The notes under the pieces are model-generated. The model saw only the letters and a program-made list of their open reading frames with translations. It was not told the origin of the DNA and made no database searches. 35,979 nt of DNA from positions 125,146 through 161,124 of the forward strand of contig NW_014040468.1 of the NCBI RefSeq assembly GCF_001186125.1, read 5' to 3'. The stretch is from Sphaeroforma arctica JP610 (Eukaryota). Below are positions 12,185-23,759 of the stretch, one piece after another (the first letter of the stretch is position 1; the number at the start of each line of letters is the position of its first letter). Position numbers and translations under genes: made by a program.

Positions 12185-12580
12185 CATATCCTAAATACAT
12201 GTACAAGCGGAGCAAAACAGGTGCATATCCTAAATACATGTGCAAGCGGAACAAAACAGGTGCATATCCTCAATACATGCACAAGCGGAACAAAACAGGA
12301 GCATATCCAAAATACATGTACAAGCGGAACAAAACAGAAGCATATCCTAAATACATGTACAAGCGTGTAACAAAACAGGTGCATATCCTAAATACATGTA
12401 CAAGCGTAACAAAACAGGTGCATATCCAAAATACTTGTACAAGCGTGTAACAAAACAGGTGCATATCCTAAATACATGTACAAGCGTAACAAAACAGGTG
12501 CATATCTTAAATACATGTACAAGCGGAACAAAACAGGTGCATATCCTAGATACATGTACAAGCGTAATAAAACAGGTGCA
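12185..12580. repeat. 39/41-bp minisatellite x10 between the convergent Unc13-like and PP2C genes
   Basis: Unit CATATCCTAAATACATGTACAAGCG(G/T/TGT)AACAAAACAGGTG starting at 12185, 12224, 12263, 12302, 12341, 12382, 12421, 12462, 12501, 12540; no spacers. Confidence 0.97.
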
Positions 12581-12890
12581 CAGGTACAAACTGCGTCCTT
12601 TGTAGGTGCTGAGAAATTCCTTCTAGAAGATCCGTAGACGATCTCTGTGATGCGACATAAAATTTTCGGTGTAAAAGCACAGCACCATCTGCTTACCTGA
12701 AGATGTTTATTCCATAAATATTTCTCACCGGTTGTACTAATTCACATAAAATCTCAGCAGGATATGACTAGCTTTCTTTAATTTACCTGAAAGCTTGGAT
12801 GATTACTGCTGTCGCTGGCGTAAGTATCGATCTTCCCCCCGCCCAGTTTGTGCAGTATGTGGTAAACACTCCACAACTCTTATATATTTG

Positions 12891-13442
12891 CTATTGTTGC
12901 ACTGGCTCCTGCGTCGATGTATTGTCACCACCCGCCGCCTCGTCTTCTGAGCCAGACTCGGTCAGCTTATGAATTCCGTCAAAGTATACTATAATTGTGG
13001 AGATATTGTCCCCCGACCCCAGGTGTAACGCGTGCTTCACCAAAGCTTTGGCAACATCGTTACTAGATTTACCCTGCTTCATGTGCTCCTTCACAAATTG
13101 TATTACACTCTTCCCGTCCATTACATCCCATAGACCATCACAGGCGAGACACAGGAAATTCTCGCTCCCTTGAATTTGGGTAGTGGTGGTGTCACACTCG
13201 GATATAACGTATTTCTTCAGTTGCCGATCACCGATCGCACGCGCCACCGATAGAACACCGTTGACTCGCCAAGCGCCGTACCATACTACGACCCCGCCTG
13301 GAACAAGGATTGGTATTTTGCACTCATTAGGTAATTACTATAGATCAATATGAGAGACACCCACATACATTACATATAAATTTAGATCAACGAGAGAAAA
13401 AAATACAAACACACACACACATATATATATAGACACATACTT

Positions 13443-13475
<33 letters not shown>

Positions 13476-16400
13476 AACACATACATACACGTACACACAC
13501 ACACTCTCTCTCTCACACACATACATATATACATACACACACAAACACACACATATATATACATATACATACACATATAAATATACATATACATACACAT
13601 ATAAATATACAGACACAGACACAGACACAGTAACAGATATATATATATATATATATATAGATACATACATACATATAGATATATTTATGAATATAATGTA
13701 AATAAATTAACATGTGCATGCATTCTCCATATCTTATTTACTTTCAACAGAGTTTTCACACGGGGATGGAAAAGATTGTATCTGTACAAACTTGAGCTAA
13801 GTATATGCTACCACTAACTGGGCTGAATACCGCATAATGGCCCCGCATGTAACAGGCTTCACTATACAATATACCGTCAGAGCTTGGTATAAGCTAATAA
13901 CAGCGGCCATGTCTACTTGCTGAGCTGTCCACCACAGTATTTATAGCTTAGAACAGCGAATGTGACGAATAATATATATATATACATAGATATGAAAACT
14001 GAGATACAAGCAAAAAGGATTAGCATGCGTTCGCTGCCCTGCATATCAATTTACTCGCCGGACTAGATTTGAATACATTTTAGTACGGGGCAATTTCAGT
14101 ATATATATACATAAATATAGAAGTATACATCTATGAGTTACACACACACACACACATATATATATATAAATATATATAAACATATAAATGTACATCATAT
14201 ATATATGTATATATATAAAATATAATATATATACATATACATGTATATATATATATACGTATAGATATAGATATAGATATATAGATACACACACACATAT
14301 AAATATACATACACACACACACATATATATATATACATACATACAAACATGTAATACATATATACACACACTATATATATATATACATATACGTATACAT
14401 ATATATAGACATATACGTATACGCATACATATACATACATATATATACATACATACATATACATATGTATATATATATATATATATATATTGTATGATAC
14501 TACACATGCCAACCTCGACAGTAAACGAAGATCCATCCCCGATCACAGGTGTGTTACAAAGAAGTGACAACAATCGAAAGATTCAATGAAGCGACTGATT
14601 AGGGTCTCGCCAAGCCAGGCGCTACGTAGAAACACAAATTTATGTGCGGCATCGAATATACAAGACATGCAATATCAATAAAGTCGTGACAATGCATTTA
14701 CCCTCATTCTGAAAAGTGCCCAATAGAAAAGGTGTACCAGCGTATTCCCCCTCATTCAGGAAAGTACCAAAAACAAGAGGTCCGACATAGCAGGTGAGAC
14801 TTACCAGCATCCTCAATCCTCTTCTTCTCATCTTCGCGGTCGGGTTTATGTGGCGAGCATATGTTTTGAACTTCACTGCCATTCCTACAGAGCATTGCCT
14901 GGGAGTCTCCCAGCCACGCGGTATACATATATTCACCTCGCACAAAGGTCACGATGCACGTGCAGCCACTGAGGTTGTTCTGTATCACACAGCCAAAAAA
15001 AAACAAAAAACTGTCACGTCACTATTGTATATCAGAATAAGCTTACTACTTGGGATTTTGCTCTTGTGAACAGCATTTCTACAAGTTTTTGCAGACGCAG
15101 CGTGTAACCATTTAAACAGGATGAAGGATATGGATGAAAAGTATACAAGTTTTCTCATGTGCCGCACATAACTATTCGGACATGAGGGTCATATAGATGG
15201 AGCGTGACAAGGGATACGAAACAAGCAAACAGAACGGACCTCTTTCTCCGCTACTTTCAGGAAGTTCTCGTCTGTCTTTTTGAATGACTCCTCGAGAGCC
15301 TTGATGATATCTGACTCGAAGTCTGGGTGGTTGACCAGATTCACGTGTAAATGATTCCTCGCGTAGTCCGCCGCCTCAGTTCCACCATGCCCGTCGTATA
15401 TGGCGAAGAACGCTTGTGACGGTTGCTCTTTCTGCCGTATATACACACAAAAATAGCTTGATGAACTCTCTATACGGGCTGCTACACTAATTAGCAATCA
15501 ACCAATGATTTTAAATAATTCATATTGCATCGAAGACAATATATTAGGTTTTATGACAGGATCAGACGTTCACGGGACATACCTTTAGCGAGAACATTGA
15601 ATTTAGATCTGATATGCAAACATGCTTGTCCTCCATAGTTTGCCTCTTGCCCTGATCCGAATACACCAAAATATCTCCAAACGCAGACGACACTGGTCTG
15701 AGTGAATTTTGTGGAGGCAAATGATTCCCGCATTAATCAGATATTTGTTAAGAAACAATCTGTACGGCTATCTGGTCCAAATGCCAATTTTGTGTCAAAT
15801 ATGAAAAAAAAATGAAGTGTAAGATAAGCAACCCGGAAACCTCATAATACGGAAAGAATCGCTGAAACTTCGCACCGCATGAATATCGCCATGCACTGCA
15901 CTCCAGCCGTTTTAAGTCATAATTCAATTAACTTACTTCACATTCTCGCTTGGCACATCCAGCACAGCCCTATCCACCGCGTCAACACAGGTGTCAGACA
16001 GCATAGCCCCATCGTAAAGAACATCATCTGTGCGCAAAAACACACATAGGGAGTGAGGATAATAAAAGGTCGGATTGTCAATCCTTGACGTTGGCAGATA
16101 ATAATTGTTTCAGGGTCTGTCGTTTAAAGCACACACTGCCTCAAGCTAGACGCATCAGCCATCCATACAGAGGACGACTTAGAAACAATCCAGGGTAAGA
16201 ATACAGACTATCTTATGCATCGCTAACGACATACAATAAATAACTATTGATTGGCCGCCCACTGAGTGCACTACCTGTGCAACGATCTCAACACACTCCT
16301 GTCGCACCCCATTATTTACAATAAAGCGAGCCACATATGCCAAAACCAACTCACATTCTGTTGTGTCGTCCTCGTCAATCTCACCCAGCTCCATCTGAAA

Positions 16401-16766
16401 GGCCTCGAAGCCAAGGGTCACCAGCGAATGATATGCCCTGCCCACTACCTTCATCCCCACGGCTGATTGAGGGTGCGGTACGGGTTTCGCAGGCTTCTTC
16501 TTCTTCTTATTATCTGTAGCTTCATCGTCAGAGTCAGGATTTGCAGCTCTGATGAATCTACAAGAAGGAGTAGCGTATTAGGAGAGTGTTTTGACCGCAA
16601 GTACATATAATACGAAAGGGTATGTAATATTCTGACACAAAAAATATATGATTTATTACTGGTTAGATCACAACTAAGGCATGCGAACTAGGCACGGGTT
16701 ACAATAGTTCAGTCACGATTAAAAAAATAATGGTGTATATATGCAAGTATGTATCTATCAATATAG

Positions 16767-16813
<47 letters not shown>

Positions 16814-18377
16814 NNNNNNNNNNNNNNNNNNNNNNNNNNNNNNNNNNNNNNNNNNNNNNNNNNNNNNNNNNNNNNNNNNNNNNNNNNNNNNNNNNNNNNN
16901 NNNNNNNNNNNNNNNNNNNNNNNNNNNNNNNNNNNNNNNNNNNNNNNNNNNNNNNNNNNNNNNNNNNNNNNNNNNNNNNNNNNNNNNNNNNNNNNNNNNN
17001 NNNNNNNNNNNNNNNNNNNNNNNNNNNNNNNNNNNNNNNNNNNNNNNNNNNNNNNNNNNNNNNNNNNNNNNNNNNNNNNNNNNNNNNNNNNNNNNNNNNN
17101 NNNNNNNNNNNNNNNNNNNNNNNNNNNNNNNNNNNNNNNNNNNNNNNNNNNNNNNNNNNNNNNNNNNNNNNNNNNNNNNNNNNNNNNNNNNNNNNNNNNN
17201 NNNNNNNNNNNNNNNNNNNNNNNNNNNNNNNNNNNNNNNNNNNNNNNNNNNNNNNNNNNNNNNNNNNNNNNNNNNNNNNNNNNNNNNNNNNNNNNNNNNN
17301 NNNNNNNNNNNNNNNNNNNNNNNNNNNNNNNNNNNNNNNNNNNNNNNNNNNNNNNNNNNNNNNNNNNNNNNNNNNNNNNNNNNNNNNNNNNNNNNNNNNN
17401 NNNNNNNNNNNNNNNNNNNNNNNNNNNNNNNNNNNNCACGCTTATGTTGTCGTTTACAATTATACAAATTCATATATATACATATATATATATATATTTG
17501 TAAATACATGTTCATTGTTGAACACAACTCATAAGTGTGGCCGTATTCCTCTGCGCAATTCCCTGGAAATGGATGGTTCTGGAGCATTATCCACCTTTGA
17601 TATATAGCATGGACATGCTTGAAATATACAGAACATAAAATCCCAGGTGCACAAATTCGATTTGTATATATACATAAAACTTGATGATAGCTGACTATGC
17701 ACAGAACGTCACAAACAAATTTTTTTACATGTGATGCAACTAGCACTTACTTTGCCCTCAAGTACTCGGTTATAATTCTGAGAACCTCCCCTCTCACTTC
17801 TGAATCCCCAATGATCAGCGCAGGACGAATATCACACTCGTTAACAGACTCGAACCATGCATCGTCTCGACCATATTTTTGTAACAGCTCCTGAAACACA
17901 TAACAACAAACTGGGGTGTCAATAAAACAGCGTGCACTACAATCAGTCTAAATACCGACACCTTAACAGTATCAAAACACAAGACGTCAAACGCCAGCGA
18001 TCGTTATACGATCAAACAACCGGAGGACAACTACAGTGTTTTGGTATATGCCAGGAATCGCAGACGAACCTCGTATTGGCGTCGCATCGCAAGGCAGAGA
18101 GTAAGTGGATACAACTAAAGGCAGCAATATACGCACCAGAACACTACGTAACCACGTGCAAAGGTAGCATCAGATATTTCATTCAACTCTCACCAACTAG
18201 AGGCAATATTGTCCTCGAACAAAAACCACAGACAGCCAAGGTCCTGATAAGGGTTTTTCATAAGGTGAGGTGCGTATACGTGTGCAAGATAAGAAATCGG
18301 GTACAATCGAGGCTCCCCGATACCTTGTTCTTAGCAAGCTGTATGGATTTCAAATCGTTTCCCCTAAGTCGTCGCAT
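12891..18377 (-). CDS. PP2C/PPM-family Ser/Thr phosphatase, PPM1E/PPM1F (POPX/CaMKP)-like, ~458 aa
   Basis: Minus-strand exons: 18377-18324 (putative first; alternative ATG exon 18087-18070), 17890-17751, 16557-16355, 16027-15937, 15697-15583, 15431-15240, 14979-14805, 13297-12891 (TAG); phases consistent. PP2C motifs [98 protein letters not shown] and N-terminal EVRGEVL resemble PPM1E/F. One intron contains an assembly gap. Confidence 0.9.
13400..13690. repeat. Compound (CA)/(TA)/(TC) microsatellite in PP2C intron
   Basis: Runs of acacac, atatat, tctctc, acatat and acagac are directly visible. Confidence 0.95.
14100..14490. repeat. Compound (TA)/(CA)/(TACA) microsatellite in PP2C intron
   Basis: Directly visible low-complexity dinucleotide tract. 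Confidence 0.95.
16768..16813. repeat. (CA)n/(TA)n microsatellite running into an assembly gap
   Basis: cacaca...tatata immediately before the N run. Confidence 0.95.
16814..17436. other. Assembly gap (N run) inside a PP2C intron
   Basis: Continuous N characters. Confidence 1.
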
Positions 18378-18881
18378 AGTCACGCGTTGTGCTCAAAGTT
18401 ATCTTGTGTAGTCAGTAATTGTCAACTGGCGAGTCTGGCGGTCTATATTCAATCATTGCATATAATAGCCGATTTACGATTACCCTCTAAATATAATTAT
18501 TAGAGTGTACAAATACGGGTTTTTTTAATGATTAGAGAAACGAAAAGATCGGTGTATTTACTATTTAGACCCGTAGCGAATAAATAGCGATAACCTTTAG
18601 TTTTATAGAAATAGTGTTTTTTATGTAAATAATAGCTATCAGTAAGTATTTACGTGTGTAAAAAATAAAAAATAAATACTTTACAATCATAAACGCATAA
18701 AATGGGGGGGTTTTTTTAACAAAAAACAAACAAAAACAAACCGAAAACAAAAATATAAATAAGTGGCTAAAAGATAAAGATTTTTTTATTAGTATAATAA
18801 ATAAAAACTCCGGTGGCGACTTCCTTTACAGTCTAAAAATATAAATTCAGGTATACATGAATATATAAATATGGAGGTTTG

Positions 18882-19105
18882 TTAAGACTGCGACCACTAG
18901 GTCTGACTTTTGGTCGTGCCATCACTACTACTGAGAGACTGACGCATAAAAGTCTGACGCGTTTTAAAATTGCGACTTACAATTGCGACCACTAAGTCTG
19001 ACATATACGCGTGCAATCGCTATACTTGACGCTTACGCGTGCGACCGCTATACTTGACGCTGACGCGTGTGACCCGTCTTAAGTCTGACGCTTAACCTTG
19101 CGATT
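18882..19105. repeat. CpG-rich degenerate repeat cluster (TGCGACCACTA.GTCTGAC motif; 28-bp units carrying ACGCGT)
   Basis: TGCGACCACTA(G/A)GTCTGAC at 18889 and 18984; ACGCGTGC.A.CGCTATACTTGACGCT at 19007 and 19035, with a degenerate third unit at 19063; a further motif copy at 19969-19993. Confidence 0.7.
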
Positions 19106-19129
19106 CACTGACGTTTGATCTTGCGAATA

Positions 19130-19234
19130 AACATACACACACTCACACACACACATATATATATATATAGATGTATACATAGACATATACATATACATAA
19201 ACATATACATATACATATATATACATATACATAT

Positions 19235-19280
<46 letters not shown>

Positions 19281-19342
19281 TCATATTCACATCATATCCA
19301 TATACATATTCATATTCATATTCATATTCATATACGTATACG

Positions 19343-19424
<82 letters not shown>

Positions 19425-19428
19425 TATA
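19130..19428. repeat. (TACATA)n/(TA)n microsatellite running into an assembly gap
   Basis: Long perfect TACATA hexamer run at ~19345-19422 plus CATATT variants. Confidence 0.95.
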
Positions 19429-19937
19429 NNNNNNNNNNNNNNNNNNNNNNNNNNNNNNNNNNNNNNNNNNNNNNNNNNNNNNNNNNNNNNNNNNNNNNNN
19501 NNNNNNNNNNNNNNNNNNNNNNNNNNNNNNNNNNNNNNNNNNNNNNNNNNNNNNNNNNNNNNNNNNNNNNNNNNNNNNNNNNNNNNNNNNNNNNNNNNNN
19601 NNNNNNNNNNNNNNNNNNNNNNNNNNNNNNNNNNNNNNNNNNNNNNNNNNNNNNNNNNNNNNNNNNNNNNNNNNNNNNNNNNNNNNNNNNNNNNNNNNNN
19701 NNNNNNNNNNNNNNNNNNNNNNNNNNNNNNNNNNNNNNNNNNNNNNNNNNNNNNNNNNNNNNNNNNNNNNNNNNNNNNNNNNNNNNNNNNNNNNNNNNNN
19801 NNNNNNNNNNNNNNNNNNNNNNNNNNNNNNNNNNNNNNNNNNNNNNNNNNNNNNNNNNNNNNNNNNNNNNNNNNNNNNNNNNNNNNNNNNNNNNNNNNNN
19901 NNNNNNNNNNNNNNNNNNNNNNNNNNNNNNNNNNNNN
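19429..19937. other. Assembly gap (N run), intergenic
   Basis: Continuous N characters. Confidence 1.
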
Positions 19938-20245
19938 CATAAATATTCATAAATATTTGTGAGACCAATTAAGACTGCGACCACTATGTCTGATATATAT
20001 GTATGTGTGAACAATGTTGGCAATATATTCTGCTTGTAAGCCCTCTTTCTTTGGGGCAGTTCTGGATAGAGGATATTATATCCTATCTCGTCGATACTAT
20101 ACAGTAAAGAGAATATCAGCAGGACACATTAGAGACGGTAGGAGGGTGGTAGAAAAAATCGTTCGATTGCGACATCCCAAAACCACTACAAACCTCAGCG
20201 AGTGGACCCAGGTCGGGCGAGTCTCATAAACTATGTAATGCTGCT

Positions 20246-20316
20246 TATAGTCGTTAAAATTATCCAACTTATAGTCGTTACAATCATGCAACGTATAGTC
20301 GTTACAATCATGCAAC
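20246..20316. repeat. 24-bp tandem repeat x3 downstream of the DUF2520 gene
   Basis: (T/G)TATAGTCGTTA(C/A)AAT(C/T)AT(G/C)CAAC three times. Confidence 0.85.
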
Positions 20317-20444
20317 TAGCTCAATGTTTCCGATTTAGATACTTAACTTCGATTGACCTTTGCTGGTAGACCATTAAACCTTTTGTTCCATAAGATCGAC
20401 ATGTAGCCAGGAAAATAAAACAAACCACCAAATGTTGGCATAGT

Positions 20445-22651
20445 TTATTGATTCGAATACTTCTTCTGCGGGTCCAGTAAGGAACGCAACCGCTCAGCGG
20501 TGTCTGAATCGATACCTGTTATTTGCTTAGTTGCCATGTCAATGGCCTCCATGCCCATGAGAGAGTAGACTTCTCTTGCACGTTCAGGCGAGCTTATACT
20601 TGAGAGGTTGCTTAAATGCTGCTCGACGGTGTGTATGTCACCTCTTGAGATGGGTCCCGACAGAGCCTGTCAATGTGGGTCCATAAGAGCTATTTGGTAC
20701 ACTCAATATGTTCCAGCGCTGGCCCATTAAAATCCTTATAACCGATTACAAATACTAATGGATACAGACCATATGCGGTCCATGTAGGAAATCAGGAAAG
20801 GACAACAGTACTAAAAAAGTGCTTACCTGGGGCAGGCCTACGGAGCCCATGTTATTCAGGGTCCCTTGCAGCAACGGCATGAGGGCTTTCAGACAGTCCT
20901 CCGGTGGTATTCCTGACTGTGACATGACTTTTGTTGCTATCGATTCCAAGGTGTACAGATAGTTGCATGCCAGTACAGCACCTGAGGGGAGAGTGCGGAT
21001 TAAATGGCCAACTTTGATACATGTTATTTAATTGTATATTTAAAGTGCTATACGTTGAAGTGCTGTCCAGGTTGATAGCAGTCCAAAGAAAGCGAACGGA
21101 TCCACAAAGAGAGGCGCTTACATTTTATGTGTTCCTTACCTACTATACATTCACACAAGTTGTTAACAAGCACTAAATATAATTCAGCCTAGAAACGAAC
21201 TTGTCACCACAAACGACATGGGAACCGCTATGGCACTAACCTGCGTGGTATGCCACTTTCTGATCTCGCTTGATTGGTAGGCAAATTCCTTGCAACCGTT
21301 GTATCATAGTCTGTAGTTCATCCGTCAACCCTTCCACCCCCTCTAGGGCCCAATACGTACCCGGTAAATTGGCCATAGCGGTACCTGGCTTCCATTCAGC
21401 AGTAAGTGTGTATCGATCGAAGCATGTGTTACTATTTACAAGTCTGTCCGATTGAATCGTTACAGACAGATTTAAAACTTCAATTCATAACAGCGCAATG
21501 GACTACTCTTGTAAACGCAAACTGAAGCGAGACACATACGTCGGCGAACGACTGCAGCGGGTGCATAGATGCGACGCGCATTCCAGCGTCGGCAGCAAAT
21601 TGTAACTCGGCGCTGGATTTGGCACCAGAACAATGACAGATAGCCTTGGTATCCACCGCGCTCTCCATGATTTCGCGTGCTGTTGCTTTGATCAGTTCAT
21701 CTGGTACCGTCAGGAATACTATATCCGACGCTGCAATCTAAAAGCAACACCAGAAAATTCAGCACAAATAAGCGACAGATGGGAATGTATGACACCCTCT
21801 TTCTACCACAGCTATACTGTATTATATCATATCTAGCGAGGGGTCAGGGAAGAAGTTGAACATATCGCACACCAAGCAATATTTGATGAATGCCAACTTG
21901 ACCCTTGCTTAGGTACCAGATAAATAGAGAATACATCGGGCGCCTGCAAGCAGGCTTCAAAATTATACAATGTGTCTACGTACTAACGCAAACCGATATT
22001 AAACAATCATGGAATTCAGCATATCAAGAAAGACAGTGCAATGATGAATTAGTTCGGTAGTGTCGTATGCGTTGTGTTCATATTAAATACTTTCGATTAC
22101 TACAGTGGGAAACACATAAGCGAAATCACATAAGCGCAATCACACAAGCTCAATCAAATGACGTCCACGGACGAAACGGTAGGCGAGGAAAGCACTTCGA
22201 CTTTTCCACCAGACAGCGTTAGCACGAATATGGTACCTTACATAGAAGTTCCACCAGAGAATTCACGCACACTGTGTATATCGAACAATTGCTTGCTTGC
22301 TCATGCTGACTAAGAGAAGCGGAAAGGAGCTCATGGGGGGGTTTTTTTTGGCGTGAATATTACATAGAACTACAGAAGTAAGGCTGTACTTATAAACCAT
22401 ATACTACGAGTGCGATATCTGCCACGAACACACTGACCCGACAGAGATGCGTGTGTACACGCAGCTACACTCACATCTGCTATCTTGTCTACGGCGGTGG
22501 AATTATTCTCATTTGCTGTATTTACAGCCTTCTGTGCCGAGCCCAGCGTCCGTGACATGACTGAGACAACATCATACTGGGCTTCAACTAAAGCACGCGT
22601 GAGGGTAGTCCCAACACGGCCTGCGCCTACAATAGCAACCCGTGCAATCAT
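20445..22651 (-). CDS. Rossmann-like + DUF2520 domain NAD(P)-dependent oxidoreductase (PanG-type ketopantoate reductase-like), 299 aa, 5 exons
   Basis: Exons 22651-22475, 21737-21540, 21388-21241, 20981-20827, 20666-20445 (TAA) = 900 nt. Motifs VAIVGAGRVG (GxGxxG), DIVFLTVPD, ICHCSGA, ASMHPLQSFAD, KVAYHAGAVLACNY, ALMPLLQGTLNN, ALSGPISRGDIHTVEQHL: the diagnostic series for the Rossmann-like/DUF2520 family. Confidence 0.88.
22113..22155. repeat. 14-bp tandem repeat x3 in DUF2520 intron 1
   Basis: CACATAAGCGAAAT / CACATAAGCGCAAT / CACACAAGCTCAAT. Confidence 0.7.
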
Positions 22652-22942
22652 AATAGCGAACCAAAGTTATTTAGTATTGAAGTCATCCCTGATCCGTGAC
22701 GGCTATATATTTTAAAAAATAAATACGAAGGAGACACCGGGAAAAGGTGGGGCCCGTGGGGTCTGGGGTTGACAAAAATATCGAAGTGAATATATATGTA
22801 TTTAATTTTTAATGATTGTGTGCGAGTCTACAGTCTGCACACTCAAATTAACTCGGAACAAGTGCAACAAGCGTCGCTGTAAACCGAAGCATCCTGCTAA
22901 TTCACCTCTACGACGTCAGAGCGTATCTTCCCAGAAAGAAAG
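22652..22942. promoter_or_regulatory. Putative bidirectional promoter region (DUF2520 gene / COX16)
   Basis: Only 291 bp between divergent ATGs; AT-rich tracts flank a G-run block at 22739-22768. Confidence 0.6.
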
Positions 22943-23699
22943 ATGAGCAGAGTCCGCAGAACATTAGACCAACCATTCTTCAAGTTCGGCTTGCCTTTTC
23001 TTGTCATGATGGTACGGATCGCGCTTGTTACTATTATATCATATATTTCTGTTCATTTGAACATTGATTTCATAAGAGGGATGTACAAAAACTGTGCACT
23101 CATAGAGGGCCGTAAGAAAACTCAATATCAATTTACTTATCTCGCACAGGTTGGAGGCGCCTATGGTCTTGCAGAATTCACCTCAACCCGGTACGAAAAG
23201 CACGAGATCGATGTCTCCAAGGTATGCTGTAAACACCTTGAGTGAGACAGGAAGGACACCACACTTCGATTCTGTGTGTGGTTATGTCTGCTAGATACTG
23301 TAGATGATCATCAATCTCCCCTTTCTTGACATCACTTCTTACAGTTCACGAAGGAGCAGCTAGCACACTTAGAGAAGAACAAACGCAAGTTCGACATGCA
23401 AGCAGAATATGAGGTAAGCACGTATACTTTGTACGTTATAATATGTACGAGATCTTAGATATTGCGGTTGTTTCAGGATGTGAACTCATTATTTTAACTG
23501 CAACCACGTGGTGGTCTAACCGTGTGCAGTCTATACGTTGTCTATGTATACTGCACATATATAATTTGGGGTTACCACCCGGTCTACTTTACACTTGCAG
23601 CGCCTCAGTGACATGGATCTAGAAAACTGGGAGAATGTCAGGGTTGCCCGACCTGACGGCCTTGAAGAATCATTACAAAATAACACAACTAAGCCTTAG
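22943..23699 (+). CDS. COX16: Cytochrome c oxidase assembly protein COX16, 102 aa, 4 exons
   Basis: Exons 22943-23011, 23150-23221, 23345-23413, 23601-23699 (TAG), all phase 0. Protein MSRVRRTLDQPFFKFGLPFLVMMVGGAYGLAEFTSTRYEKH...KRKFDMQAEYERLSDMDLENWENVRVARP matches the COX16 signatures (FGLPF..VGG..GL..FT..RYE; EEY..L...D.WE.VR..R). Confidence 0.9.
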
Positions 23700-23759
23700 C
23701 GATCTCCACACCCGCGAGTTTATGCCTATGTATAACAGCAGCTGTAAGCATTATTTGTG

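Noticed and set aside
12185..12580. CRISPR array, or coding repeat ORFs at 12042-12605
   Set aside because: Units are contiguous with no unique spacers, there are no cas genes and the context is eukaryotic. The ORFs arise because 39 is a multiple of 3, and the 41-bp units shift frame.
13338..14589. Multiple Y/I/V/C/H/T-rich ORFs
   Set aside because: Translations of TA/CA microsatellites inside a PP2C intron.
16699..17746. Long ORFs containing X runs (also 19105-20023 and 26292-26990)
   Set aside because: Artefacts of reading through N gaps.
17932..18411. 159-aa plus-strand ORF (and 114-aa ORF 25054-25398)
   Set aside because: Non-ATG starts, antisense to introns/5' ends of real genes, no recognisable motif.
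22041..22310. C/D-box snoRNA starting at ATGATGA
   Set aside because: Antisense to the host intron, no suitably placed D box or terminal stem.
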